This document shows, piece by piece, positions 30,404-41,246 of a DNA stretch of 64,000 nt. Every line of letters begins with the position of its first letter. The stretch's first letter is position 1. The notes beneath the pieces were generated by a model. It saw nothing but the letters and a program-made list of their open reading frames with translations. It was not told the origin of the DNA and did no database searches. Source of the stretch: an uncultured Planctomycetaceae bacterium (GTDB lineage Bacteria; Planctomycetota; Planctomycetia; Planctomycetales; Planctomycetaceae); assembly GCA_963813715.1 (NCBI GenBank), contig CAWFAK010000005.1:1376001-1440000 (forward strand). Reading direction: 5' to 3'. The translations under genes were made by a program, and so were the position numbers.

Positions 30404-31222
30404 TCAGCGGGTCAACAACCCCGCGTCGATCGTGAATTGTGAGCCGGTCACGAATCTTGCGCGGTCGGAGGCCAAAAAGAGGACGGCTTGGGCGACGTCT
30501 TCGGGTTCGATCCAGGGAACCGGCAGCAGGTTGCCAGCGGACCGTTCCGCGATTTGTTGGGGCGTCGCGCCCTCAAGGGCTGCCAGGCCGTCGTTCATGG
30601 GTGTGTTGACGCCGGTGGGGTGGATCGAGACGACGCGGATGTTGTACGGGGCCAGCTCCAGGGCCCAGGATTTGGTGAGGCCGACCAGGCCCCACTTCGA
30701 CGCGGCGTAGTGGCTCAGGCGGGACATGCCACGCAGGCCGGCGATTGACGAGTTGTTGATGATGACTCCCGCACGACGCTCGATCATGAGCGGGATGACG
30801 CGGCGGGCGACGATCCAGGCGCCTTTGAGATTGATGTCGAGCATTGCGTCCCAGGCCTCTTCGCTCAGCTCGTGGGCGAGGCCGTAGGCGCAGATGCCGG
30901 CGTTGTTGAAGAGGATGTCGATCCGCCCGAATCGCCGTTTCGTTTCATCGACCGCTTGCGTCACGGCGGCGTCATCGCGTACGTCGGCCACGAATCCCTG
31001 GCACTCGACGCCGAGGCGGCGGCATTCCGCCGCGAGCGAATCGAGGTCGCTGGGCGACCCGAGTCCGTAGCCGGGATAGGGAAGCGTTTTCCCGACGTCC
31101 AGGGCCGCGATGTGCACTCCCTCGCGAGCCAGCGCCAGAGCCGTCGCCCTGCCTTGCCCGTGGGCCGCCCCGGTGATGAGAGCCACGCGTCCTTCGAGTT
31201 CGTATGACGGCGCAGATGTCAT
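30404..31222 (-). CDS. SDR oxidoreductase resembling the mycofactocin-coupled/carveol dehydrogenase subfamily
   Basis: TGAAHGQG, insert DVGKTLPYPGYGLGSPSDL, NNAG, YAASK, HPTGVNTPM. Confidence 0.85.
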   Translation of the reverse strand: MTSAPSYELEGRVALITGAAHGQGRATALALAREGVHIAALDVGKTLPYPGYGLGSPSDLDSLAAECRRLGVECQGFVADVRDDAAVTQAVDETKRRFGRIDILFNNAGICAYGLAHELSEEAWDAMLDINLKGAWIVARRVIPLMIERRAGVIINNSSIAGLRGMSRLSHYAASKWGLVGLTKSWALELAPYNIRVVSIHPTGVNTPMNDGLAALEGATPQQIAERSAGNLLPVPWIEPEDVAQAVLFLASDRARFVTGSQFTIDAGLLTR

Positions 31223-31256
31223 GACGGGGTCGATCTAGTGGATGGACTGGGTTGAT

Positions 31257-31330
31257 GGGTGCCATGCCCACAGCTTTGGGTGGGCATGTCCTGCAATGCA
31301 TGCCCACGCCGAGCCGTGGGCATGGCACCC
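31257..31330. repeat. REP doublet (GGGTGCCATGCCCAC...GTGGGCATGGCACCC)
   Basis: Perfect 15-bp terminal inverted repeat enclosing two hairpins. Confidence 0.75.
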
Positions 31331-31358
31331 AACCTGTGGATTCAGGCCGGTCGTGCCA

Positions 31359-31910
31359 CTAGTGAGTTTCGGCGGGCGTGCCACGAGAATCCTTGCGATA
31401 CGACCAGAGATACTCGTCGAGGTCGATTTGCAAGGCGTTGTTGAGGACGTTCGTCGCGATCATCATTCCGCCAAACGCGGTGAGCGAGACGATTTGATTG
31501 GGCGCGAACAGCGCGGCGAGTTTGGCGAACTGTTCATCGCTCACCTGATTCGGTTCGCGGGCCAGCTGGCGGCCGTAGTCGAGGACGCACCGTTCACGCT
31601 CATTCAGCATCAGGTTGTCCGGGTCTTCGCCCGCATCGATCAGCAGCCTGCGAAAGAATGTCGAGCAGATCAGGCAATCCGTTTGCGAGGAAATCGCGAA
31701 GGCAAAGAGATTCGTCAGCCGCTCGCCCAAGAATGGCTGCACGTCGTCGCGGAGAGCGTACCACTCCAGCAAGACCCGCAGCGCGACGGGCGAATGCGCC
31801 AAGGTCCGCTTCATATTGGTGACACCGCCACCGGCGGCGACGTGTTGCTCGAGCACTTCCCGGGATTGAGCGGGCAGGTCGGCGTCTGGCAGCATTTGAA
31901 TTCGCGGCAT
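31359..31910 (-). CDS. AhpD/carboxymuconolactone decarboxylase-like protein
   Basis: TNMKRTLAHSP, ISSQTDCLICSTFF, VSDEQFAKL pattern. Confidence 0.75.
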   Translation of the reverse strand: MPRIQMLPDADLPAQSREVLEQHVAAGGGVTNMKRTLAHSPVALRVLLEWYALRDDVQPFLGERLTNLFAFAISSQTDCLICSTFFRRLLIDAGEDPDNLMLNERERCVLDYGRQLAREPNQVSDEQFAKLAALFAPNQIVSLTAFGGMMIATNVLNNALQIDLDEYLWSYRKDSRGTPAETH

Positions 31911-32104
31911 GGTCTCGACTTTTACACTGACTGCGTCGCCTTGCTCTGGCGAAGTTGCGCGATGTCGCTGCGATTAAGAATAGCGACTGGCCCGTCGGCC
32001 TTGCAGTCAATTCGGCGGGGCCCCTACCAGTCGGAGCATTGGAGGTCGAAAAACACTGGCGGACGAGCCGCGGCGGTCCAGAATTCAGCGGGAAGATTCC
32101 ATTT

Positions 32105-32210
32105 GGGTGCCACGGTTGAGCTTGCTCAACCGTGCTCTTAACGGTTCACGAACCGTCATTAGCAACCGGAAAGAGCACGGCTGAGCCGAAGCGTCTCAGC
32201 CGTGGCACCC
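32105..32210 (+). repeat. 106-bp REP doublet/MITE, copy 1
   Basis: GGGTGCCACGGTTGAGCTTGCTCAACCGTG...CACGGCTGAGCCGAAGCGTCTCAGCCGTGGCACCC. Confidence 0.85.
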
Positions 32211-32342
32211 GAATTACGGAAGGCACTCGGACGAGCCGCCAGTGCCACCCGTGAATGACTGCGCAAAGGCCCGGACGGAGCTTAGTATGGGGACGCGCCG
32301 CAGTGCGGACCTGCGGCGTGATTGATTGCGCTGGGAATGGGC

Positions 32343-33311
32343 ATGGCTGACTTTACCGAAACGCTGATCGGCGCGATTGCCATCGGCAGCCTGTATGCGC
32401 TGATTGCGCTCGGCTACACGATGGTTTACGGCATCCTCAAGATCATCAACTTCGCGCATAGCGACGTCGTGGTGTGGGGGGCGTGGATCAGCTATCTGCT
32501 GGCGACGCGTCTGTTGCCGGCGTGGGGGATCGATCCGCGGCATCCTCAGCAAGCGCCTCCCCTGTGGATGGCGGGCGTTGTGCTCGTCGGCGCGATGCTC
32601 GCTTGCGGGTTGCTCGGTTTCGCGATCGAGCGACTGGCGTATCGTCCCTTGCGGCACGCGCCGCGGCTCAACGTGTTGATCACGGCCATCGGCGTGTCGC
32701 TGTTGCTGCAGAACGTCGGCCAGTTGCATTTTGTTTTCGGCGCCAGTCCCGAGAAGATGCCCGCACTGTTGCCGGAATGGTCCGTCACGACGCCCGTCCT
32801 GGGGCAGGGGGCGGCGGCGCGGGCCGTCCCGATCGACTTGATCGACCTGGTGATCTGTGGGACGGCGGCCGTGCTCGTGGTCGCGCTGGAGTGGCTGGTC
32901 TTTCACACCAAGCTGGGGATCGCCATGCGGGCCGTGTCGTTTGATGCCGAGACGGCGTCGCTCATGGGCATCAACGTCAACCGAGTGATTTCGTTCACTT
33001 TCGTGCTGGGTTCAGCGCTGGCTGCCGCGGCCGGGTTCTTGCACGCGCTCAAGTACCCGGGCTTGAATCAGCCGGCGAGCGAAAACTGGGTGCTGCTCGG
33101 CTTGAAGGGATTCGTGGCGGCGGTCGTGGGCGGGATTGGCAACGTGCGGGGGGCCGTGCTCGGCGGGTTTGTGATCGCGTTTGTCGAGCAGTTCGGCGCC
33201 CATTACGCCTCGCCTCACTTTCGCGACGTGTATGTTTTCGGCCTGTTGATTGCGATTCTGTTGGTGCGGCCGACAGGCATCCTCGGCACGTCGGCCGTCG
33301 AAAAGGTGTGA
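32343..33311 (+). CDS. livH: Branched-chain amino acid ABC permease
   Basis: GSLYALIALGYTMVYGILKIINFAH, AAVVGGIG, RPTGILG. Confidence 0.92.
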   Translation: MADFTETLIGAIAIGSLYALIALGYTMVYGILKIINFAHSDVVVWGAWISYLLATRLLPAWGIDPRHPQQAPPLWMAGVVLVGAMLACGLLGFAIERLAYRPLRHAPRLNVLITAIGVSLLLQNVGQLHFVFGASPEKMPALLPEWSVTTPVLGQGAAARAVPIDLIDLVICGTAAVLVVALEWLVFHTKLGIAMRAVSFDAETASLMGINVNRVISFTFVLGSALAAAAGFLHALKYPGLNQPASENWVLLGLKGFVAAVVGGIGNVRGAVLGGFVIAFVEQFGAHYASPHFRDVYVFGLLIAILLVRPTGILGTSAVEKV

Positions 33312-35274
33312 CGTTGCCCGCGAGCAGCTCGACGCCCCGTCACTCGACCCCAGTCGGCCCGCGATCGGTCGGCGCCGGCGGCAGATTCAGTTGGCTGGTG
33401 GCGAGCGTGTGGCCGCTCCTCGCCGGCATTGTCATCGCCCTCGTGCTGCAATTCGGGCTTCCCCAGGTGATCGGCCCCTACTGGCGACGGATTGTTTTGG
33501 ATGCGGGCATCGCCATGATGCTCGCCGTATCGCTCAACATCGTGAATGGGCTGGCCGGACAATTCTCGCTTGGTCACGCGGCCTTCATGGCGCTCGGCGG
33601 CTACACGGCCGGCACGATCACCTACTACGGTTCGCTCGCGTTTTGGCACTCAACGGACACCCACGGCGGCTTTCTGGGAAGCGGCGAATGGATGTTCGCC
33701 GGAGCGTGTGTTGCGGGAGGGCTGGTGGCCGCTGTGGCCGGTTACCTGGTGGGACTTCCCTCGCTGCGATTGCGGGGAGACTACCTGGCGATCGTGACGC
33801 TTGGGTTCGGCGAGATCCTTCGCACGCTGCTGCAGCAAACGAACAAGACGCTGGGGACATGGCAGGACGTGCGCGGGGCCGCGCTCGCCGAGTTGGTGCC
33901 GCCCCCGGTCGGCGGTTCCATCGGCTTCTCGGGGCTCCCCAAATATACGAGCCTGTTTTGGGTCTACACGTTTCTGACGGTGACGGCGGTCGCCGCCTGG
34001 CGACTCAAGCAGTCGAGCACGGGCCGGGCGATGATGGCCCTCCGCGAGGACGAAATCGCCGCCCAGTCGGTCGGCGTGAACGTGACGCGGCAGAAAGTGC
34101 GGGCCTTCGTGCTGGCGGCCCTGTTCGCGGGCATGGCCGGCGGGCTCTTCGCGCACGAGTTCGGCTCGATCCTCACGCCAAGCGACGCCGGTTTTCAGCG
34201 CTCGTTCGAGTACGTGATCATGACGGTGCTCGGCGGACGCGGATCGATCAGCGGCGTGATGCTGGCCGCATCGCTCCTCACCGTGCTGCCCGAATACTTG
34301 CGCGAATTCGAGCAGTACCGGCTGATTATCTTCGCCCTCGTGCTGATCGTGATGATGATCGCGCGACCGCAAGGGCTGTTGGGCGTCCGCGAGATCTGGG
34401 ATTTTTGGAAACGCCGACCAAGCGGCGGCGTGGACGAACCCGCGCGAGCAACTCCGATGGTTGCGGCGAAGCCTGCTTCCGCTACCGAATCGGCGCCGGC
34501 GCCAGAATCGGTGCTGCTGGAGGTCGACAAGCTGAGCCTCGCGTTTGGCGGACTGCAGGCGGTGCAGGATTTTTCGCTGCGACTGCCGCCCGGCGCGCTC
34601 TACGGACTGATCGGCCCCAACGGCGCCGGCAAGACGACGGTGTTCAATCTGCTGACCGGCCTTTACGCGCCGATCGGGGCGACGTTCGGCTCGGCTCCCA
34701 GCCGCTCGCGGGACTGCGGCCGCACCAAATCGCGGCCCGGGGGATCGCCCGCACCTTTCAAAACGTGCGGCTGCACGCCCAACTGAGCGTGCTGGACAAT
34801 GTGCGCGTCGCCGCCCAATTACACACGCCCCAGAACCTGCTCACGACCTTTCTCCGCAGCTCGGCGTTCCTGCGTGCCGAAGAGCAGACGCTCCGTGCGT
34901 CGCTCGAGTTGCTCGAATTCTTCTCGCTGGCGCCGCGGGCCGGCGAGCCCTCGGGCAGCTTGAGCTACGGTCATCAGCGTCACTTGGAGATCCTCCGCGC
35001 TCTGGCCACCGAACCGCGGGTGCTGCTGTTGGACGAGCCGGCCGCAGGCTTGAACCTGGCCGAGAAGCGCGACCTGGCCCGCGCCTTGCGCGAACTGCGC
35101 GACCGGTTCGACGTCTCGATCCTGCTGATCGATCACGACATGGGCCTGGTGATGAGCGTCTGCGAGCGGATTTTGGTCCTCGATCACGGCGTGACCATCG
35201 CCGAGGGATCGCCCGAAGTCATTCGCCATGATCCGCGGGTGATTGCCGCCTACCTGGGCGAGGACGCGGAGTGA
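33308..35274 (+). CDS. livM: Fused LivM permease + LivG ATPase, frameshift near 34675
   Basis: SLRLRGDYLAIVTLGFGEI, then in the same frame GPNGAGKTT; continues in a shifted frame with RTFQN, LSYG, LLLDEPAAG. Confidence 0.85.
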
Positions 35275-36053
35275 GCCATGAACGAGAAAGCATGAGACTG
35301 TTGGAAATCGACAATTTGTCGGTCTGGTACGGCCCCGTGCAGGCTTTGCGCGGCATCAGCTTGCACGTCGACGCGGGCGAGGTCGTCGCGCTCATCGGCT
35401 CCAACGGCGCGGGGAAATCGACCCTGCTGCGGACGATCTCCGGCTTGCTGCGGCCCAAATCGGGCGACGTGCGATTCGAAGGCCGCTCGATCGCCGGCCG
35501 CGCGCCGCACGCCATCTCGCGAATGGGCGTCGTCCAAGTGCCGGAAGGGCGCGGCATCTTCGACAATCTGACGGTCGAGGAGAATCTGGCGCTGGGCGGC
35601 TATTCGAGCCGCGATTCGGCGGCGATCAAGTCGAGTCGCGATCACGCGCTGGCCCTCTTTCCGGTGCTCGCGCAGCGTCTCAAGCAAGCCGCCGGCACGC
35701 TATCGGGCGGTGAGCAGCAGATGCTGGCGCTCTCTCGCGCGCTGATTGCGCGGCCGCGGCTGCTCTTGCTCGACGAGCCGTCGCTGGGACTCGCTCCCCG
35801 GGTGGTGCAGGAGATTTTCCGCGTCCTGGCCGAGATCAATCGCGAGGGAACGACGATCTTGCTCGTCGAGCAGAATGCCCGTTTGGCACTGCGATTGGCG
35901 CAGCGGGCTTACGTGTTGGAGTTGGGCGGCATCCAGGCCCACGGTCCGTCGGCCGAGTTGGCCGCAAGCGACGCGATCGCCCGGGCCTATTTGGGCGCCT
36001 CAGTCGGCGGTTCTGTCGAGAGTCGGGTCAAAGACGCCGGCTCGCCCGATTGA
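35271..36053 (+). CDS. livF: Branched-chain amino acid ABC ATPase
   Basis: GSNGAGKST, VPEGR, LSGGEQQM, DEPSLGLAP. Confidence 0.92.
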   Translation: MSHERESMRLLEIDNLSVWYGPVQALRGISLHVDAGEVVALIGSNGAGKSTLLRTISGLLRPKSGDVRFEGRSIAGRAPHAISRMGVVQVPEGRGIFDNLTVEENLALGGYSSRDSAAIKSSRDHALALFPVLAQRLKQAAGTLSGGEQQMLALSRALIARPRLLLLDEPSLGLAPRVVQEIFRVLAEINREGTTILLVEQNARLALRLAQRAYVLELGGIQAHGPSAELAASDAIARAYLGASVGGSVESRVKDAGSPD

Positions 36054-36389
36054 TCCGTCTGTGCGTGCGGGCGATCCCCACGCGAGGCCGAATTGCGCTC
36101 CGCGTGGAGAGAAATTAATCGCGGGCGACACGGTTCGGTCAGAGGCTGTCGACCGCCGGCGACAGGCGTTCCGCGACGGGATTCCGATTCGCTACGCCGC
36201 TGTGGTGCTTTGGCAACGCAGGCAGGGACTGTCGCTGGTCGGCCCCTTGCCGCAACAGTTTTCCGCAACTCTCCGCGGCGGAAATCGGCGGGCAAGCTAG
36301 GTTTGCTTGAGCCCGCGGCGGTTGGGCCGTCGCGTCCTTCGGGCCACACATCTTTGGGCAACAGGGCGTCAGGCAGCAGGGGTCATCTC

Positions 36390-37429
36390 ATGAAGCGAGT
36401 GTCGTTCCGAATCGCATCCACGGCGCTGGCCCTTTTCCTGGCGGCGCCCTTGGGCGTGGCGAATGCCCAGGGAACCTCCAGCGGAAACGTGGGCCAATCG
36501 TCGTCGTCGGGCAGTCAGGGTTCGTCGTGGGACCAGGGCTCGTCGGGCGATCAATCGGGGTCCGGCGGTCAGGCAGACTTTGGCAGCCCGTCGGGTTCGG
36601 GCGGCCAGTCGGGGTCAGCCGGCCAGCCGGGCTCCTCGGGCCAGTCGGGTTCCTCGGGGCAATCTGGTTCCTCAGGACAGACAGGGTCGTCGGGGCAATC
36701 CGGTAGCCAGTCGGGCAATCACTCGCAGTCGGGGACGCCAGTCCGGCAGCCAATCATCGGGCAGTCAGTCGCCGGGCAACCACTCGTCGTCGGGGTCGGC
36801 GAGATGGTGGTGGCGCGTTCGCCCATCACGCCGAGCGGGCCGCGCAGGATCTGAAGGGCATTCAGAGCGACCGCAGCCAGATCCGCCAGGACAAGGCGGA
36901 CATCCGCAAGGACCTGGCCGACATGAAGGCCAATCCGAAGAACGCGGCGGCCGACAAGCAGGCGATCCTCAACGATCTGAAGCAGATCGGCCACGATCGT
37001 CACGACATCCGGCACGATGAGCGGAACCTGCACCGCCAGCTCGACGACATGCAGATCCTGGCGATGCCGCACTCGGGGCAAAAGTCGTCGGGTCAGAAGT
37101 CGGACGTGCATCACGAACAGAAGGATCTCCGCCACGATCGTCACGACGTGCGTCACGCCGAGCGCGACATCCGCCATGACTGGTCGCAGATCCGCAAGGA
37201 CCTGCAGGACATGAAGTCGAATCCGTCCAACGCCGCAGAGGACAAGGCAGACATCCGCAAAGAAGCGGGCGAGCTGGAGCACGCCGAGCGCGATCTGCAT
37301 CATGCGGAGCGCGAGAAGCGTCACGATCGCCGCGAGCTGCGTCGCGATCGCGAGGAATTCCGCCAGGAGCGTCAGCAGCGCTCCAGCAGTTCGTCGTCGT
37401 CTCACGCGTCGCACGGCCATCACTCCTAG
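36390..37429 (+). CDS. Secreted low-complexity protein (Ser/Gly/Gln linker + His/Arg/Asp heptad repeats), about 2 frameshifts
   Basis: Signal peptide MKRVSF...ANA-QG, SGQSGSSGQ repeats, then DIRHDERNLH/DLRHDRHDVRH repeats ending at TAG 37429. Confidence 0.7.
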
Positions 37430-37470
37430 GCCGCCGGAGACAGAATTCCGAACCAAGCCTTGCGGGACAG

Positions 37471-37514
37471 CCGGGGTCGCCCTGTATGAGACGGTGGCGG
37501 CCCCGGTTTTTTTT
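37471..37514 (+). terminator. Intrinsic terminator
   Basis: CCGGGGTCGCC...GGCGGCCCCGG followed by T8. Confidence 0.7.
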
Positions 37515-37618
37515 GTTGCTGGCGTCTGAGACGTTCCAAGAAGTGAGCGGTCTGGCGCGGGAGCATCCGGGAATTTCCGCGTGAGACCGTCCGGGAATTG
37601 GGAGTGAAGATTTGCCTC

Positions 37619-37724
37619 GGGTGCCACGGTTGAGCTTGCTCAACCGTGCTCTTCACGCGTCACCAACCGTCATCAGCAACCGGAAAGAGCACGGCTGAGC
37701 CGAAGCGTCTCAGCCGTGGCACCC
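37619..37724 (+). repeat. 106-bp REP doublet/MITE, copy 2
   Basis: Near-identical to 32105-32210. Confidence 0.85.
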
Positions 37725-37897
37725 GAATTACCGGGCCGTCTCGAATTTCCGCGTCGGCATGGCGTCGCGTGCCGGCAGCGATTACACCAGTTTGTGGGGC
37801 CGAGCGCTGGCCCCAGCGCCGTTGTGGGGCCCGCCCACTGGCCCCAGTGCCGACGACGCGCCAGACGACGCTCCCTCCGCCTAACGCTTCGACTTCC

Positions 37898-39239
37898 ATG
37901 GACCGCCCCGACGAGACGATCGTCTCCCCGCCCCGCTCCGCCGCTTCCGTCCAACCGCAAAACGTGAGCCGGCTGCGCGACCTGTCGCCCCAGCAGTGGA
38001 AGTCGGGCATCGCGGCCTGGCTGGGCTGGCTGTTCGACGGGCTCGACATGCACTTGTATGTGCTGGTCGCCACGCCGTTCGTCGCCGAGCTGTTGGGCAA
38101 CATCGACCAGCACGACCCCAAGGTCGGCTATTACAGCTCGCTGGTGCAGGCTGCCTTCCTGATCGGCTGGGCGCTCGGCGGCAGTTTTTTCGGCCGCGTG
38201 GGCGACCTGATCGGACGCAGCCGCGGACTGATGCTGACCATCCTGGTCTATGCCAGCTTTACGGGTTTGTCGTACTTCGCCGGCACCTGGTGGGAGCTGC
38301 TGATCTTTCGGTTTCTGGCGGCGCTCGGGATTGGCGGCGAGTGGGCGATCGGTGCGTCGCTCTTGTCGGAGACCTGGCCGCACCGCTGGCGGCCTTGGAT
38401 TGCGGCCGTCCTGCAAACCGGCGTGAATCTGGGCGTGATGCTGGCTAGCCTGGCCGTCTACCTGCTGGCCCCCTACGCGCCGCGGACCGTGTTCCTGGTG
38501 GGAGTGGTGCCGGCGCTGCTCGTCCTGTGGATTCGCCGCGCCGTCCCCGAGCCCGAAGAGTGGCGCGTCGCCCGGGATACGACCGGCACGCAGGCGCCCG
38601 TGTTTCTCGACCTGTTCCGCGGGGCGGTGCGGCGGACAACCATCCTGACACTGCTTGTCTGCGGGTTGTCGCTCACGGCCCACTGGGCGTTTCTTGTTCT
38701 GGTACATGCAGCAGTTGCGGAACATGCCGGAGCTAGCTAGCTGGAGCGACCCGGAGAGAAGCCGTCTCGTCGGCAAGGCCAACTTGTTGGTGATGATCGC
38801 CTCGATCGGCGGCAACTTTTTTGCGGCGTGGCTCGCGCGGCGGCTGAAGTACCGCCGGGCGATCGCCGTCTTATGCGTCGGTTATTTCGTCGCGATCGCC
38901 GCCACGTACGGCTTTCCCCGCGGCCACCTCGACCCGGAATTCTGGGTGGGGCTGACGGCGATCGGCCTGTGCCAGGGGATCTTTGGCCTGTTCACGATGT
39001 ATTTGCCGCCGCTCTTCCCCACGCTCTTGCGCAGCACGGGGGCCGGCTTCGGCTACAATTTCGGACGCGTGGCGGCCGGCATCGGCACGGTGCTCTTCGG
39101 ACTCTCGGCGCAAGTCGGCGATTCTCGCCTGGCCATCGTCTACGCCGGTTTCCTGTTCCTGCCGGCGGCGGTTGTCTCGTGGATGATGCCCGACGCCCCG
39201 GAAGAACGCCTGTTCGACCCGATTGAGCCGCTCGAGTAA
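37898..39239 (+). CDS. MFS transporter, frameshift near 38695
   Basis: WLGWLFDGLD, GRVGDLIGR, LGIGGEW, LFPTLLRSTGAGF. Confidence 0.9.
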
Positions 39240-39304
39240 CGTCGAGCCGCCCAATTGGCCCGTATGCGGCCCGTCGTCACGCTGGCCGCGGTCAATCGCC
39301 CGCG

Positions 39305-39804
39305 TCAATCACCCCGGTGGACCACGATCGAGCAACCCTCGCAGACGGCGCAGCCGAAGCGGTCAACCAGCTCGCGATAACAGCGGGGACACCGCGCAGG
39401 CGCGAGACGTCGCGGTCGGAGGCGTCGTCGAACCACCAGTAATAGGTCCGCCGATGCCGATTGAGCGTGCCGACGATCTCCAGTCCGCGGGTGTTGAGCT
39501 GGCCCTGCGGATCCAAGAGCTGCGTGCGGGCCCAATCCTCGTAATCTCCGGACTCGATCCACAGCGTGTAAAGCGCTCGGTGCAGATCCCGCCAGAATGC
39601 GATCCGCTCCGCCAGGTCCGCGTCGAAGCCCACCCGCTCGGGCGGCACTTCGCCGTTACATTGCAGGCAGACCAGGGGCACCGAAGAGAGATGATCCTGC
39701 AGCACGATCGGCGGCCGATCGGCGCACGGACAGATTTCGTCCTCCGGCGTCGGCGGCTCCGGACGCAGCTTGTAATAGGGATCGATCTCGTCCGGCGCAA
39801 TCAT
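39305..39804 (-). CDS. Zn-ribbon protein (DUF2310-like), frameshift near 39400
   Basis: CPC, CLQC, YYWW; then CPRC and CEGC in a shifted frame. Confidence 0.65.
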
Positions 39805-39872
39805 CTCGTCACCGCTAACAATTCAGCGCGCTCGCGGCTCGGCCTGAGCCCGATGTCTCTCACGCTTCGACC

Positions 39873-40970
39873 TCAGGGTTTCGCCGGCGCACGGAAATTC
39901 TTGCGCACGGCTTCCAAGGCCTGCACGTACGCGGCGGGCAGTTTCTCGTTGGTCCACCAGCGGGGCTTCTCCGTGTAAATCCACACATATTCGTCGGAAA
40001 GCCGTAGCGCGAGACGGACCGCTTCACTAAACCCCTCCGGCTGAAAATAGTTCTGCGAAAAATTTGCCGGATTCCAGCCGTGCGTGTTCCAATCGTTGTC
40101 CATCCAAATGCCGAAGCCAGCTCGCACATGGCGGCGGAAGGCCTCTTTTTCGCCGGTCCAGTCGGCACTTTTTTCTTTGATCGTGCGGTAGGCCCGCTGG
40201 AACTGCTCGAGTCGTCGATAGCCGTAAGAATTCTCGAACGCATCGACAATCCGCGTCGCCGGCGCACAGGCCGAAAGCATGCCGTCGAGAAAGTCGGCCC
40301 ACAGGCCGTAGTCGCTCTCCGAGCGATCCTTCTCGCCGGGGCGGGGCCGCGTGATCGCGTAGCCGAACGTCAACAGGATGGTGATATTCGGATAGTGCCC
40401 GGCCACGGCCTGCATCCATTCGCGGCCCCGCAGTTTGACCTTCGCGCTGTAATCGGCAAACGAATGCTTGTCGCGATGCTTTTGTCGACGATAGTCGAAC
40501 AGGGAGCTTTGGTACTGCTCGTTGTCGAACATGATGCCGGTTGAGCCGCCGTCGCGAGCGAGTTGAGCGGCGACGCCGAAGTTCTGGGCCACGATGCGCC
40601 AGGCCGCGTCGTCGAACCAATCGACCGTGCCGGGAGTGACGTTCACCCGCACGAAGCGATCGGTGAAGCGATGAAAGGGCGTGGCCTTCAAATCGGCGAG
40701 CGATTTCTGGAACTGCGAGACGGCGAACTGTCGAGTGCCCCAGATGTCCCAGGTCAGGTTCTCGCTGTGGTCGCCGGCCATGTGAAAAATGACGCCGTCA
40801 AACGGCAGACGCTCCATGCGCCCGATGTTGTCGCGAAGGAAATGAGTGTCGGGCTCGTCCCAGCCCCACTCGATGAGTTTTTTGGGCCCGGACGGATCGC
40901 TGCCCCGCGCAATCGAAAGCGGGACCACGAAGAAGAGTACGAGAAGGAAATACCGCAGTAGGCCCATCAT
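39873..40970 (-). CDS. Secreted hypothetical protein (possible TIM-barrel hydrolase)
   Basis: Signal peptide; KKLIEWGWDEP, PFDG, GIMFDNEQY, DEYVWIY. Confidence 0.7.
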   Translation of the reverse strand: MMGLLRYFLLVLFFVVPLSIARGSDPSGPKKLIEWGWDEPDTHFLRDNIGRMERLPFDGVIFHMAGDHSENLTWDIWGTRQFAVSQFQKSLADLKATPFHRFTDRFVRVNVTPGTVDWFDDAAWRIVAQNFGVAAQLARDGGSTGIMFDNEQYQSSLFDYRRQKHRDKHSFADYSAKVKLRGREWMQAVAGHYPNITILLTFGYAITRPRPGEKDRSESDYGLWADFLDGMLSACAPATRIVDAFENSYGYRRLEQFQRAYRTIKEKSADWTGEKEAFRRHVRAGFGIWMDNDWNTHGWNPANFSQNYFQPEGFSEAVRLALRLSDEYVWIYTEKPRWWTNEKLPAAYVQALEAVRKNFRAPAKP

Positions 40971-41246
40971 GACATTCATTTGGTCTGGGCGGCCGGCACT
41001 GAAACGACGCCTCGGCCGGCCTGCCAGGAATTTCGCATTATCCGTTTTCCGGCGGCGGACGGGTAGTCCAGTCGCCGGTCCGGTGACGTTTGCCGGCCAG
41101 CCGCCGAAGCGACGTTGCCCGGCGGCCCGACGACGCGCGCCCGAGAGCCAGCCGGGCGTGCCTTGCCGCGGTCGCGACCGTTCGGCCACAATCGCAGGCA
41201 CATTTCTCGGCCAAGCATCGACTGACAACTCCCGAGGAGAATCGCC

